Below, one piece after another: positions 8,759 to 17,922 of a stretch of 64,000 nt of DNA. The notes under the pieces were generated by a model. It did no database searches. It had not been told where the DNA came from and saw only the letters and a program-made list of their open reading frames with translations. Position 1 is the first letter of the stretch. Each line of letters opens with the position of its first letter. The stretch is from Microgenomates group bacterium. GTDB lineage: Bacteria > Patescibacteriota > Microgenomatia > UBA12405. The stretch is taken from assembly GCA_049303675.1 (NCBI GenBank), contig JBAQNJ010000001.1, positions 199,494-263,493 of the forward strand, given 5' to 3'. The translations under genes were made by a program, and so were the position numbers.

Positions 8759-10558
8759 ATGAAAACCCGAAATTTGTTCGCGAAAGGTACAATCTTGTGC
8801 CTCGTAGCCGTGTTACTTCTAACCAGTTGTGGTGTTGTTGGACCTGCCCTGCCTCTTCGGTCGGATATGCCGACTCAGGGTTTAGAAAATGTGGTTACCT
8901 ACAAATTGAACGGCCCAGCCGGTACTGAAAAAGAAGTCAATATCGCCGAAATGCGAGGAGTCAATGATAATTCGCCAATGATGAAACTCCAAACCATATT
9001 CGGAAAACTTTCTGGATCAAAAACTCAAGACAGCTTAATCACCCTTCCCAGCGGAGTCCCAGTTCGCGCCCTTGGCATGAACAAGATCAAGCGATTCGCA
9101 GGCCTGACAAAGTTTATGACACTTGAACCGGCGACATACCATGCGGTTGATGCACAAGGAAACTGTTTTGCAGGCATCAAGGTAAGACTAGATTTCAACC
9201 GCAATGTTGCCCAGCTGCTTGCCAGTAAGCCAGACTTCGACTATTCCAGTCTCTGGTATTACGATGCTGCATGTATCGTTGAAGCCAACGGCGAGGTAAA
9301 AATTGATATTGACCACGCAAGGCTTCGTGCAGTTGTCCTCAACGAGGTGTGGCAATTCCGACTTACAGCCGGTCCTTGGTTCTATAACTGGGGACACAGT
9401 GTCACCATTATTCCAGGCAACAAGCTTAGTGGGTTACCCGTGCGCTGGTGGGAAAAGTTTGACTATCCCAACACTGACGCTGATGCTATGGGTGCCGCTG
9501 CAATAATGAATTACCTCATTGGTGATTTATCTACCGGTGCCCAGCCATGGCTTGAGTTCAGTCCACTTGGCGAATTCAGTGATTCCTATTTGGTTTACAG
9601 CGCTGGAGATGCTGACCAATATGCCAATTGGGATCGTGTATTACTCGATCGCCAACAACAATACGTTGTCATGTATCGACCCAACAATTTGACAGCGTGG
9701 GATTGGATTACGATTAAGCCCATATACAACTACGAGTGGAACGATGTTACCCAGAACTTGTCCAAGTTCCATGGATGGACTGGCGATATCTTCAAAGACA
9801 AAATTGACGAACGTGGTCTTCCCAAAGATCCACGCGACAGTGTCATCAGCGAAGTTGAAAGAATCGGCTGGATGAATGGGCCAAATGCATCTTTAGCGCA
9901 GATTCAATATATCGGCCGCGAAGGTCAGATTCTCTATACCCAAACCATTCGTGCATACATTGGCGCCAAGGACACTCTGGTTATGTTTGGACCGGGTCAA
10001 CCAATGTATTCCGAAGCGAAGAAAAATGCTGTCAATCAAGATGGTTTGCAATATCCTTGGGCCTACGATGATAATGGCCAGCCTATCGCGAATCCGCCGA
10101 TGACACAGGATCAGTGGGTGCAGTTGCAGCAGGAAGGATCAATGTGGAACTATCTCAAGGGAGATAATCCGTTTAATTCCGACCTGTTTATTCAATATCG
10201 TTTTACTGACGATACAACCTGGCGCCCAATAACCTGCTCCGACTCAGATGGCAACAGCTATACCTGTGGTTGGAACCCTGTTGACTGGAATCTTGACTCC
10301 ACCTATTTCTTCCAGGGTAATGTGGATAAACCATGGTATATAACACAGTTACTCGGAGAAGTGGGGATGCGCACACTGGGCATGAGCTATAATTCATGTC
10401 TTTACTGCGGCACTGGAATGGAATTTGCTATGGATCAGATGAAATTCCATAGTGATTACTTCACCGGTTTTACCCAGGAATCTGTGTGGATGTTTGATGC
10501 TCGCGCTATGCAGCTTCCCGACAGTCTCGCTATATCATGGGCCAAAGTACATCAATAA
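8759..10558 (+). CDS. large secreted lipoprotein (599 aa, Trp/Tyr-rich) of unknown function. It has locally higher GC than the surrounding DNA.
   Basis: Signal peptide plus lipobox (LLTSCG). There is a good RBS (caggagataaaaATG). The composition is visibly more GC-rich than the flanks. Confidence 0.75.
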   Translation: MKTRNLFAKGTILCLVAVLLLTSCGVVGPALPLRSDMPTQGLENVVTYKLNGPAGTEKEVNIAEMRGVNDNSPMMKLQTIFGKLSGSKTQDSLITLPSGVPVRALGMNKIKRFAGLTKFMTLEPATYHAVDAQGNCFAGIKVRLDFNRNVAQLLASKPDFDYSSLWYYDAACIVEANGEVKIDIDHARLRAVVLNEVWQFRLTAGPWFYNWGHSVTIIPGNKLSGLPVRWWEKFDYPNTDADAMGAAAIMNYLIGDLSTGAQPWLEFSPLGEFSDSYLVYSAGDADQYANWDRVLLDRQQQYVVMYRPNNLTAWDWITIKPIYNYEWNDVTQNLSKFHGWTGDIFKDKIDERGLPKDPRDSVISEVERIGWMNGPNASLAQIQYIGREGQILYTQTIRAYIGAKDTLVMFGPGQPMYSEAKKNAVNQDGLQYPWAYDDNGQPIANPPMTQDQWVQLQQEGSMWNYLKGDNPFNSDLFIQYRFTDDTTWRPITCSDSDGNSYTCGWNPVDWNLDSTYFFQGNVDKPWYITQLLGEVGMRTLGMSYNSCLYCGTGMEFAMDQMKFHSDYFTGFTQESVWMFDARAMQLPDSLAISWAKVHQ

Positions 10559-10601
10559 TATGCTCTTGAATCCTCTTCTGGATTCTTCCACTAACAAAAA
10601 T

Positions 10602-10624
10602 GGGTCAGGCTAAAGCCTGACCCA
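10602..10624 (+). terminator. perfect 9-bp hairpin (gggtcaggc-taaa-gcctgaccc) 44 nt after the lipoprotein stop, with no U-tract
   Basis: Seen directly. Confidence 0.35.
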
Positions 10625-10644
10625 TCGCGGGAGAATCTGGAAGT

Positions 10645-10711
10645 TGTTGTATCCCGATTTATCGGGGCTGATGAGTTCTCGACTGGGTCAACCAGTCGGA
10701 ACGAAACAACA
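10645..10711 (+). ncRNA. type III hammerhead self-cleaving ribozyme
   Basis: The motif is present in order. Stem III 5' strand TGTTGT, then H17=A (GUA cleavage triplet). Stem I TCCCGA-TTTA-TCGGGG. C3UGAUGA9 at 10668-10674. Stem II GTTC(T)CGACTGG-GTCAA-CCAGTCGGAAC with the G10.1/C11.1 pair. G12A13A14 at 10703-10705. A15.1 then the stem III 3' strand ACAACA. All invariant core positions are present. Confidence 0.8.
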
Positions 10712-11018
10712 CTTAACAATCTATCGTTCTGATTTTATTCTATTTTTAAAATCATCTCCTTTCCACAACACACCATCGTCCCTCCTCCCACATTTGTCAC
10801 CATCACTTCATTTCCACACACACTACAATAAAATTTCTCACCAACCTTAGTAACACTCATAAACTAAAATTAACTAATAACTAAACAGATTATAAATCTA
10901 AACAAAATAGTTCACCTCGCCAAAGTCATGAGCTCGTCGATTGACGGCGGCGGGCCAACCTTAGTTACAGCCATAGTTATTTTAATTAGTAATCTAATTA
11001 ATATTCTTATTTTTCAAA

Positions 11019-11058
11019 CCCTCCTTGTCAAGGGAGGGTACTCCGAAAGCTTTCGGAG
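11019..11058 (-). terminator. two adjacent perfect hairpins (ccctcc-ttgtcaag-ggaggg and ctccgaaag/ctttcggag) at the 3' end of the toxin-antitoxin operon
   Basis: Seen directly. The minus-strand reading has a weak T-run after hairpin 1. Confidence 0.4.
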
Positions 11059-11073
11059 CGGGTGGGTTTAGTT

Positions 11074-11343
11074 CTAAAACTGTTTATAAATATCGTGTGA
11101 TCCCACAGAGTGAAACCAAATTGTATTCTCGTCTCCAAATTCAAATATAATTCTAATCTGTCTATTGATTGAAAACGACCAAAACCCATGCAATTTGTTT
11201 TGCAGAGCATGAGTTTTTAGTCTCGGGTCATGGGGATTTTTTCTAAATATCTTTTCCTTTTCTTCCGCCATTCTCTTTATTTCTGGAGATAATCTTTTAT
11301 ATTCCCTTACAAATTTCGATGAATAATATATATCCACCACCAA
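11074..11343 (-). CDS. type II toxin, RelE/ParE family
   Basis: KLHGFWSFSINRQIRIIFEF...IWFHSVGSHDIYK fits the RelE/ParE core pattern (R..Y.. / G.H.D.Y). The gene sits immediately downstream of the antitoxin. Confidence 0.75.
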   Translation of the reverse strand: MVVDIYYSSKFVREYKRLSPEIKRMAEEKEKIFRKNPHDPRLKTHALQNKLHGFWSFSINRQIRIIFEFGDENTIWFHSVGSHDIYKQF

Positions 11344-11577
11344 TTATCGCAAATCTGCCAGACTCTTCAATAGTGTACCCTTGCCTGCCTTTAGTTGTTT
11401 TTGGCTTGCCTTCAATTCACTCAGTAATTGATTTTTAGACCAATCCCTTATCAAGTTTCGGAAAAATTCACTTTTTGTGGCATAACCACCGCTTTTTACA
11501 GCCTTGTTTACCACTGTTGCCATCTGGCTAGGTAGAGATATGTTTACTATTGTCCTCATGTCTATATTGTAACACAA
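11344..11577 (-). CDS. type II antitoxin, ParD/CopG ribbon-helix-helix family
   Basis: MRTIVNISLPSQMATVVNKAVKSGGYATKSEFFRNLIRDW is a typical RHH antitoxin N-terminus. The true start is probably MRT at about 11559. Confidence 0.7.
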   Translation of the reverse strand: MCYNIDMRTIVNISLPSQMATVVNKAVKSGGYATKSEFFRNLIRDWSKNQLLSELKASQKQLKAGKGTLLKSLADLR

Positions 11578-11654
11578 ATTACATACAAAGTGTTACAGCA
11601 TGTTTTTTATTAACTATTAATTTGAAATTCGTAATTTTTAATTATTAATTAATT

Positions 11655-12269
11655 CTACCTCCACCTCTTTTTTATTTCCTCTTTTTCTCCAGTTTCTAGT
11701 TTCCAGTTTCCAGTTTCTTGCCCTCTCTGTCTCTCTACCTCCCACAACACTATCCCCGCACTTACCGACAAATTTAGACTCTGCACCATCCCTCTCATCG
11801 GAATATATATTTTTGCATCTGCTCCATCTATTGCTTCTTGGGTCACTCCTCGATGTTCATTCCCAAACACTATTGCTATTTTTTTCTGAGATCTGAAATC
11901 TGACAAACTGAGATCTACCGCCTCTTTATCCAATACTGTTACATAAATTTTGTAACCTTCATTTTTCAGCATCTCATAGCATTCCTTTGTCGACTTAAAT
12001 ATCTTAAAATCCAGCCATTTGTTGGCCGAACTCGACGATACTTTTCCCACTTTCTTCGGATTAAACACCTTCTCTTGTTCAAAAATTAGATACACTTTTT
12101 GCCAGCCCATAGCATCACAGTTTCGCCACACCGCCGCCGCATTATGCGGGTCATGAATATCCTGCAGTACCACCACTCCCTCCCTCCTTTGATCTATAAC
12201 CTTATTTAATTTTCCTTGCCTCGCCGTAGTTTCTAACGTAGGCGGGCCTTGCCTTGTTGGTGCTTTCAT
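11655..12269 (-). CDS. trmH: SpoU/TrmH-family RNA 2'-O-methyltransferase
   Basis: Family motifs present: HDPHNAAAVWRNCDAMG, IVFGNEHRGV and SLNLSVSAGIVL. The C-terminal ~25 aa of the ORF run into a CAGTTTC repeat, so the real stop is probably earlier. Confidence 0.8.
   Translation of the reverse strand: MKAPTRQGPPTLETTARQGKLNKVIDQRREGVVVLQDIHDPHNAAAVWRNCDAMGWQKVYLIFEQEKVFNPKKVGKVSSSSANKWLDFKIFKSTKECYEMLKNEGYKIYVTVLDKEAVDLSLSDFRSQKKIAIVFGNEHRGVTQEAIDGADAKIYIPMRGMVQSLNLSVSAGIVLWEVERQRGQETGNWKLETGEKEEIKKRWR
11688..11740 (+). repeat. CAGTTTC-type degenerate tandem heptamer block (copy B, same orientation as A)
   Basis: tctccagtttctagtttccagtttccagtttcttgccctctctgtctctc. Confidence 0.5.
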
Positions 12270-13648
12270 AAATGAATTTTTAGCATTGATTTGGCTATAT
12301 TATTGCTCAAATCGGTATTGATAATTCCCGAAGATAAATTTATCCCCACAAACCTCAAATTATCCACCAAAAACCCAATCATTTTTTCACCATTTATTAC
12401 CGAGTATCGCATATGAATCAACATCCAGATAGATATCCCCACAGCTACTATTATCCACCACTTTAATTTTAATTTTATTATCAATATACATCCACCAATT
12501 ATTAACAATATTTTTATCAATAGATCACTGCTAATTAATTTCTTATTAATCAAATTTTCCGGTGCATAAACTCGATTCAAAAAATCAGCTGTATCTTTCT
12601 CATACACATCTTTGAAAACTTTATTTTTTTGATAAATTGTTTTTTCATTCAGCTTTACATTTTCCCTATAGTTTGGCGTCAGTACCCAGTCTCCCAAAAT
12701 TATTTTATCCGGATTTTTACTAGGGTACATTTGCCCAAATTCGCTCATGGTGGCACTCCTTATCTGGTTATCTTTCAGCCACTTTAGTTGTTTTTCAAAT
12801 TCGGCTTCATTACCCACACTCTCCATGCCCGTTTCTAGTCCCACTGTAATTTGTCCCAGTTTTTCAACCGATAGATACTCTCCCGCCAATCTTTCAAAAT
12901 ATTTTATATCCAAATTTTGCGACAAATAGTCATTGGCTTGGAGTGAATAATTTGACACTTTTGGTCCACTGCCCTCATAAGCTTTTTCTAGGTCCCTTTG
13001 CGCCCACTGGATCACCACTGCTTTAGACTCTCCGGGCACCAAAATATTATCTCTTGCTGGGTGGTAGGGGACTCCCCACCATTGTCCCCATATGCCATAG
13101 CTATCGGTGGTTTTTTGATCACTACAAATCAAAAATGTTTTTATTTTATATTCATTTTCCAGATATTGTTGTGAGTAGCTATCTATCCACCACGCCCCTA
13201 CCGATTTTGGCCTGTAGCCAAATGTATTTTCAAAATCCCTGATCATTCGGTCGATTATTTTTTTTCTGTCATTCAAATCATATCCAGATAAAAATACTCC
13301 ACTTGGGTCATACCACGGTTTTTGTTCTTCAAAATACACTCTCGATCTATAGGCCAAATTTTTAGTCACTTCCAAAAATATTCCCAGTTCCTGATTTTTA
13401 TCAAAACTTTTTAGTTTATCAACCAATTCTTTATCACCCAAAACATCATTTTGAACTAGCCATGTTGCTTTCAAATTATATTTACCAATTGCTCCATATT
13501 GTGTCTCTACTGGTGTTAGGCTCTTATCTTTCCACAACTCTCGGCTGCGCACCGGATTGACTATCGTCACTACTTTTTCATTGGCCCTGATTATTCCACT
13601 ATTGGCCCACAGTATCACCCCCAGCCATAGCCAAATTAATTTTTTCAT
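12266..13648 (-). CDS. secreted protein with a C-terminal double-TM anchor, function unknown. ATGA overlap with trmH.
   Basis: Signal peptide (MKKLIWLWLGVILWA) and Trp-rich hydrophobic helices at the C-terminus. No confident family assignment. Confidence 0.55.
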   Translation of the reverse strand: MKKLIWLWLGVILWANSGIIRANEKVVTIVNPVRSRELWKDKSLTPVETQYGAIGKYNLKATWLVQNDVLGDKELVDKLKSFDKNQELGIFLEVTKNLAYRSRVYFEEQKPWYDPSGVFLSGYDLNDRKKIIDRMIRDFENTFGYRPKSVGAWWIDSYSQQYLENEYKIKTFLICSDQKTTDSYGIWGQWWGVPYHPARDNILVPGESKAVVIQWAQRDLEKAYEGSGPKVSNYSLQANDYLSQNLDIKYFERLAGEYLSVEKLGQITVGLETGMESVGNEAEFEKQLKWLKDNQIRSATMSEFGQMYPSKNPDKIILGDWVLTPNYRENVKLNEKTIYQKNKVFKDVYEKDTADFLNRVYAPENLINKKLISSDLLIKILLIIGGCILIIKLKLKWWIIVAVGISIWMLIHMRYSVINGEKMIGFLVDNLRFVGINLSSGIINTDLSNNIAKSMLKIHL

Positions 13649-13681
13649 TTATATCTTTATTATATCGAGTATAATCAGATA

Positions 13682-13900
13682 ATGATTTCTCTAAAAACCA
13701 CTCTTCGAACTTTCCTCTTTGCCGTTCTAATTTCTCTCACTTGGCCTCGACTCTCTCTAGCCTATCTCGATCCGGGTAGTGGCAGCTATATTATTCAGAT
13801 GCTTATGGCCGGCGCCGTTGGTTTTGGTTTTGTTTTTCGAGGGTATTGGAAGCAGGTCAAGAATAAGTTAAAGAAAAAGCCCGATGCCAAAACAGTCTGA
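13682..13900 (+). CDS. small membrane protein (72 aa)
   Basis: Two hydrophobic helices. Its end overlaps the next gene. Confidence 0.4.
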   Translation: MISLKTTLRTFLFAVLISLTWPRLSLAYLDPGSGSYIIQMLMAGAVGFGFVFRGYWKQVKNKLKKKPDAKTV

Positions 13901-15236
13901 GTCCGGTTCTTTTCGCGACCCTAGTGGACACGTCTATTACCAAGATGGTCAGATATTTAGGCAAATAAACCACTCCTATCAAGATAATTACCAACTGTTG
14001 ATGAGTAGCGGACTTTATGATGACCTCGTCAAATCACAGCAACTGATCTCTCATACCGAAATTACTTCTCCCCGCGGCATTTACAAAATTATTCAGCCTA
14101 CCCCCATCCCTTTTATCTCCTATCCCTATGAATGGTGTTTTTCTCAGCTCCAGCAGGCTGCCTTACTCACCCTCAACATTCAGAAAAAATGCCTCCATTA
14201 TGGCCTGAGTCTCAAGGATGCCTCCGCCTTTAATATCCAATTTATAGGCAAAAAGCCTATATTTATCGACACCCTCTCTTTTGAAAAATATGTCCCCGAT
14301 AGTCCATGGGTGGCTTATCGCCAGTTCTGTCAACATTTTTTGGCCCCACTCGCCCTCATGTCATATACCGATATTAAGCTCCATAAATTATCCCAATTGT
14401 ATCTCGATGGTATTCCTCTCGACTTGGCCAGCCACTTGCTTCCTGCCAGCGCTCGCCTAAATTTTGGAATTTTTGGCCATCTCATTCTCAATGCTACCAG
14501 TCAGCAAATTATGGCGGCCGAGCAGGAAGACAAACAAAAGTATCACCTCAGCCTCACTGCCCTCGAGAACTTAGTTGAAAGCCTCATAAATACCGTCTCG
14601 AATCTCACTCCCAAAATTAGAAAAAGCACTTGGGGGCAGTATTATTCTCACACCAACTACGATCAACTTGCATTCAAAAAAAAGGCAGATTTAGTCTCTC
14701 GTTTTCTTCGTAAAACATCTACCAAAACAGTTCTTGACCTCGGTGCCAACAACGGTTTATTTAGCCAGATTGCCGCCAAAACCGAGGCTTATGTTATTTC
14801 TGCCGACTATGACGAAAAATCAGTTGAGGACAACTTTACTCACTCTGGCTCCTCCACCATCCTTCCCCTAGTTATCGATTTTATGAACCCTAGTCCCAAT
14901 TCAGGTTGGGCCAATACCGAGCGCAAATCTTTTTGGGACAGGTTAAATGTCGATGTAATAATGATGTTGGCCACCATACATCACTTGGCGATTGCCAACA
15001 ATCTGCCTTTTTCTCACATCGCCAGTTTAATTAGTCATCATTGTCGCTATCTTATTATCGAGTTTGTCGACAAACAGGACTCCCAAGTTCAAATTCTTCT
15101 CTCCCATCGTCAAGACATTTTCACCAACTATGACCAAGCCACTTTTGAGACTGAATTCGGCAAATATTTCAAGATAATTTCTCGTGAACCGATTCTTCAT
15201 TCTCACCGTTGTCTTTATCTTATGAAAAAGAAATGA
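13884..15236 (+). CDS. two-domain protein: N-terminal domain of unknown function (possibly kinase-like) plus a C-terminal class I SAM-dependent methyltransferase
   Basis: Methyltransferase motif I VLDLGANNGLFS. An acidic residue follows beta2 (ISADYDE). The N-terminal domain contains LKDASAFNIQF...FIDTLSF. Confidence 0.6.
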   Translation: MPKQSESGSFRDPSGHVYYQDGQIFRQINHSYQDNYQLLMSSGLYDDLVKSQQLISHTEITSPRGIYKIIQPTPIPFISYPYEWCFSQLQQAALLTLNIQKKCLHYGLSLKDASAFNIQFIGKKPIFIDTLSFEKYVPDSPWVAYRQFCQHFLAPLALMSYTDIKLHKLSQLYLDGIPLDLASHLLPASARLNFGIFGHLILNATSQQIMAAEQEDKQKYHLSLTALENLVESLINTVSNLTPKIRKSTWGQYYSHTNYDQLAFKKKADLVSRFLRKTSTKTVLDLGANNGLFSQIAAKTEAYVISADYDEKSVEDNFTHSGSSTILPLVIDFMNPSPNSGWANTERKSFWDRLNVDVIMMLATIHHLAIANNLPFSHIASLISHHCRYLIIEFVDKQDSQVQILLSHRQDIFTNYDQATFETEFGKYFKIISREPILHSHRCLYLMKKK

Positions 15237-16813
15237 AGTCAAAAATAACTTCAATTATTATTACCAGTTTCCCTGTTTTTTTAGTCACAGTTTTCCCCAT
15301 CTTATTTTTCTGTGCTCACAATATCTCGGAGCTTTCTCTTGTTTTTCTAAGAACACCCCTTCTCCTCTCGCTGTCTATTTCTTTTCTTCTGACTGCTATT
15401 TTGTATTACTTTGTTCACCCTCTTTCCAAAACCGTTGTTCTCTCTACTACTATTATTTTTATCTTTTTTTCCTACGGCCATCTTAGTCAATCCCTTACTG
15501 ACAAACTATTTATTCCACTGCCCGGTGGGCTAGTTATCGGTCCAGACAAAATTCTCCTACCGCTCATTTTTATCTTATTTATCTTTTTTTCTGCCAAAGT
15601 AATTAAGTCCACTCAAAACTTTTCTCCAGTTATCAATTTTCTCAACATTTTTTTATTTATACTCTGTCTTAGTCCTCTTTACACCATCATCACTATCGAA
15701 GCTCATCGAAAAAATAGCCAATTATCAATATCCTCTCCCGCCACGCTCTCCTCCAGTCAATTATCTAATTTACCCGATGTTTACCACATTATTTTGGACG
15801 GCTATGCTCGCAACGATATCCTCTCCAATATCTATCAATACGACAACAGTGCCTTTACCTCCAGTTTAAAAAAAATGGGTTTCTACGTTGCCACTGATGC
15901 TCGCACCAATTATTTTCACACTTATTTATCCCTACCCTCGACTTTCAACATGACATTTCTTGATAAATTAGTTGACCAATATGGCCCCCAGCCAGTGGAC
16001 GGCTCTGCCGCCAAAAACATGATGCTCCACAATCTAGTTTCCCAAAAGTTTAAAAGTTATGGTTATCAAACTATCAATTTTGTCTCCGACTGGGAGGGGA
16101 CCAATGAAAACTATCCTGCCGATATCGTTTATCGGGATGGCCGAGTCTTCAAAGTCTTTGGTCTGAGCATTTTGGCCAGCGAGACCAATATGGTATTTCT
16201 CCGCACCACCCTGCTTTCACCCTTGATCTCTGAAGTCTGGGAATCAGCTATTCGTCAAAAAACTCTCTCTGTTTTCGAAAAAATGCCCGACGTTGCTTAT
16301 TTAGACGGCCCAAAATATGTCCTTGCCCACATCATGTCTCCCCATCCTCCCTATGTCTTTCAAGAAGATGGCTCACCTGTCACTGATCCTCGACTAGTCA
16401 ATGCTGACGAGGGTATCGAGCGCCGCCCTTTTTATTTGGATCAGTTAAAGTTCATTTCCCGACAAACTATTGTCATGATACAGAAAATAATCAGTAATTC
16501 TCGCCAGCCACCGATTATTATTCTCCAATCCGACCATGGCCCGGCCTCTATTTTTGGCTCTCGTCAGGACTGGAAATCACATTACAGTCTCGCAGCCCTC
16601 AACGAAAGATCAGGAATCCTCTATGCCATTCTGCTACCAGACAAAAATTATCAACATTTTTCCCCAGTCATTACTCCAGTCAACACCTATCGAATTCTTT
16701 TCAATCAATATTTCGGAGAAAATAATACCATTCTCCCCAACAAGACCTATTACACCAACTACGACAAAATGTATGGCTTTTCAGACATTACCCAGTTTAT
16801 TACTCCCCAGTAG
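15209..16813 (+). CDS. membrane-anchored sulfatase/alkaline-phosphatase superfamily protein (LtaS or phosphoglycerol-transferase-like)
   Basis: About 5 N-terminal TM helices, then HIILDGYAR, MSPHPPYVF and LQSDHGP motifs typical of the LtaS/sulfatase fold. Confidence 0.7.
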   Translation: MSLSYEKEMKSKITSIIITSFPVFLVTVFPILFFCAHNISELSLVFLRTPLLLSLSISFLLTAILYYFVHPLSKTVVLSTTIIFIFFSYGHLSQSLTDKLFIPLPGGLVIGPDKILLPLIFILFIFFSAKVIKSTQNFSPVINFLNIFLFILCLSPLYTIITIEAHRKNSQLSISSPATLSSSQLSNLPDVYHIILDGYARNDILSNIYQYDNSAFTSSLKKMGFYVATDARTNYFHTYLSLPSTFNMTFLDKLVDQYGPQPVDGSAAKNMMLHNLVSQKFKSYGYQTINFVSDWEGTNENYPADIVYRDGRVFKVFGLSILASETNMVFLRTTLLSPLISEVWESAIRQKTLSVFEKMPDVAYLDGPKYVLAHIMSPHPPYVFQEDGSPVTDPRLVNADEGIERRPFYLDQLKFISRQTIVMIQKIISNSRQPPIIILQSDHGPASIFGSRQDWKSHYSLAALNERSGILYAILLPDKNYQHFSPVITPVNTYRILFNQYFGENNTILPNKTYYTNYDKMYGFSDITQFITPQ

Positions 16814-17366
16814 GCGTCCCATATTTATCTTGGAGTTCTTTTAGTTGTTGCAGTTGTATACCCAAATCTTCAAACTCTATATCATCAGGAGGGGACAGGT
16901 CTTTGTCAGTCACTACTGCTGGGGCACATTCATAGTTATATTGGGTATTCCAATCAATTTTTTCATTCTCTACACCACTATTTGCCTGATCCTCACCTAC
17001 CGGCATCTTGATACCTTTCTTGCCCATTTCGCTGCTCCACATATAAACATTTTTCTCATCTGTCGCTACTATCATCTTGGTCTCTTTTTTGGTCGTCGCA
17101 TCAACTGTATTTATTTCCTGTTTAAACCTCTTTCCAGAGATCCACATCGAGCCACTAGCGCTACTACCACCATCATCCCACCTCCAATTACATTTCTGGG
17201 CCACCCCACTCCCGATTAAGTCACTCAGAGATCGCTTTGCTTGTTCTTTTTTTTCAGCTACCCTGTCTAGCAATCCACCACTATTACCAGTTGTTCCAGA
17301 CATTTTATAATAACCAACACCTCCAATGACCAACAATACTATTACTACTATGATTATTTTTTTCAT
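16800..17366 (-). CDS. secreted or TM-anchored hypothetical protein
   Basis: N-terminal hydrophobic anchor. No recognisable motif. Confidence 0.5.
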   Translation of the reverse strand: MKKIIIVVIVLLVIGGVGYYKMSGTTGNSGGLLDRVAEKKEQAKRSLSDLIGSGVAQKCNWRWDDGGSSASGSMWISGKRFKQEINTVDATTKKETKMIVATDEKNVYMWSSEMGKKGIKMPVGEDQANSGVENEKIDWNTQYNYECAPAVVTDKDLSPPDDIEFEDLGIQLQQLKELQDKYGTPTGE

Positions 17367-17658
17367 ATTAATCTAATATTACTCTCCCTTCGGCCACAAT
17401 CCAAGGTATTTATTTACTACCACCCCCTCAATTTCCATTCATCCGGCTAATTGTCGCCACGATATCTCTCCACACCAGCCAGTCCATGCCCATTATCGCT
17501 ACCATTATCCATGTTTTCCAATGCCATAATTTATTCACACCCTCTTTATATACCCAAACAATACCCGAAGTCAATAATACAAAATGGATAAATTATAATC
17601 AAATATTTACCGAAATCTCCGCACAAATATATCAAACTGAATTGTTTTTATGTATCCT

Positions 17659-17922
17659 TTACACCTTGACCCAAATATTCTTTAGCTTTTGGAATATGCC
17701 TACTCTCGGTCTCAAAGTGTCTCTGGCCATGTCAGCAGCGAGACCCAGCGCCGCCCTGTCTCCCTGATCATATCTTTTTAACAAATCACTCATCATTTGC
17801 GCCATGTTACAGCCGGGGTTCTCTGACATTTCCCTTTGGATTGCCAGTATTACTGTATTTCTAGCTTGTTCGTCTTTTTCCATCACGCTGTATTTTATCA
17901 AAGTTACCAGTATAATTATCAT
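17659..17922 (-). CDS. hypothetical protein (87 aa)
   Basis: ORF only. Confidence 0.35.
   Translation of the reverse strand: MIIILVTLIKYSVMEKDEQARNTVILAIQREMSENPGCNMAQMMSDLLKRYDQGDRAALGLAADMARDTLRPRVGIFQKLKNIWVKV

Noticed and set aside
10644-10850. 68-aa ORF on the + strand
   Set aside because: It lies over the hammerhead ribozyme and the AT-rich spacer. The protein is low-complexity, and the RNA structure explains the conservation better.
16880-16890. TCATCAG (reverse complement of CUGAUGA), a possible second hammerhead on the minus strand
   Set aside because: No stem II or GAAA follows in the reverse-complement context, and it lies inside a coding region.
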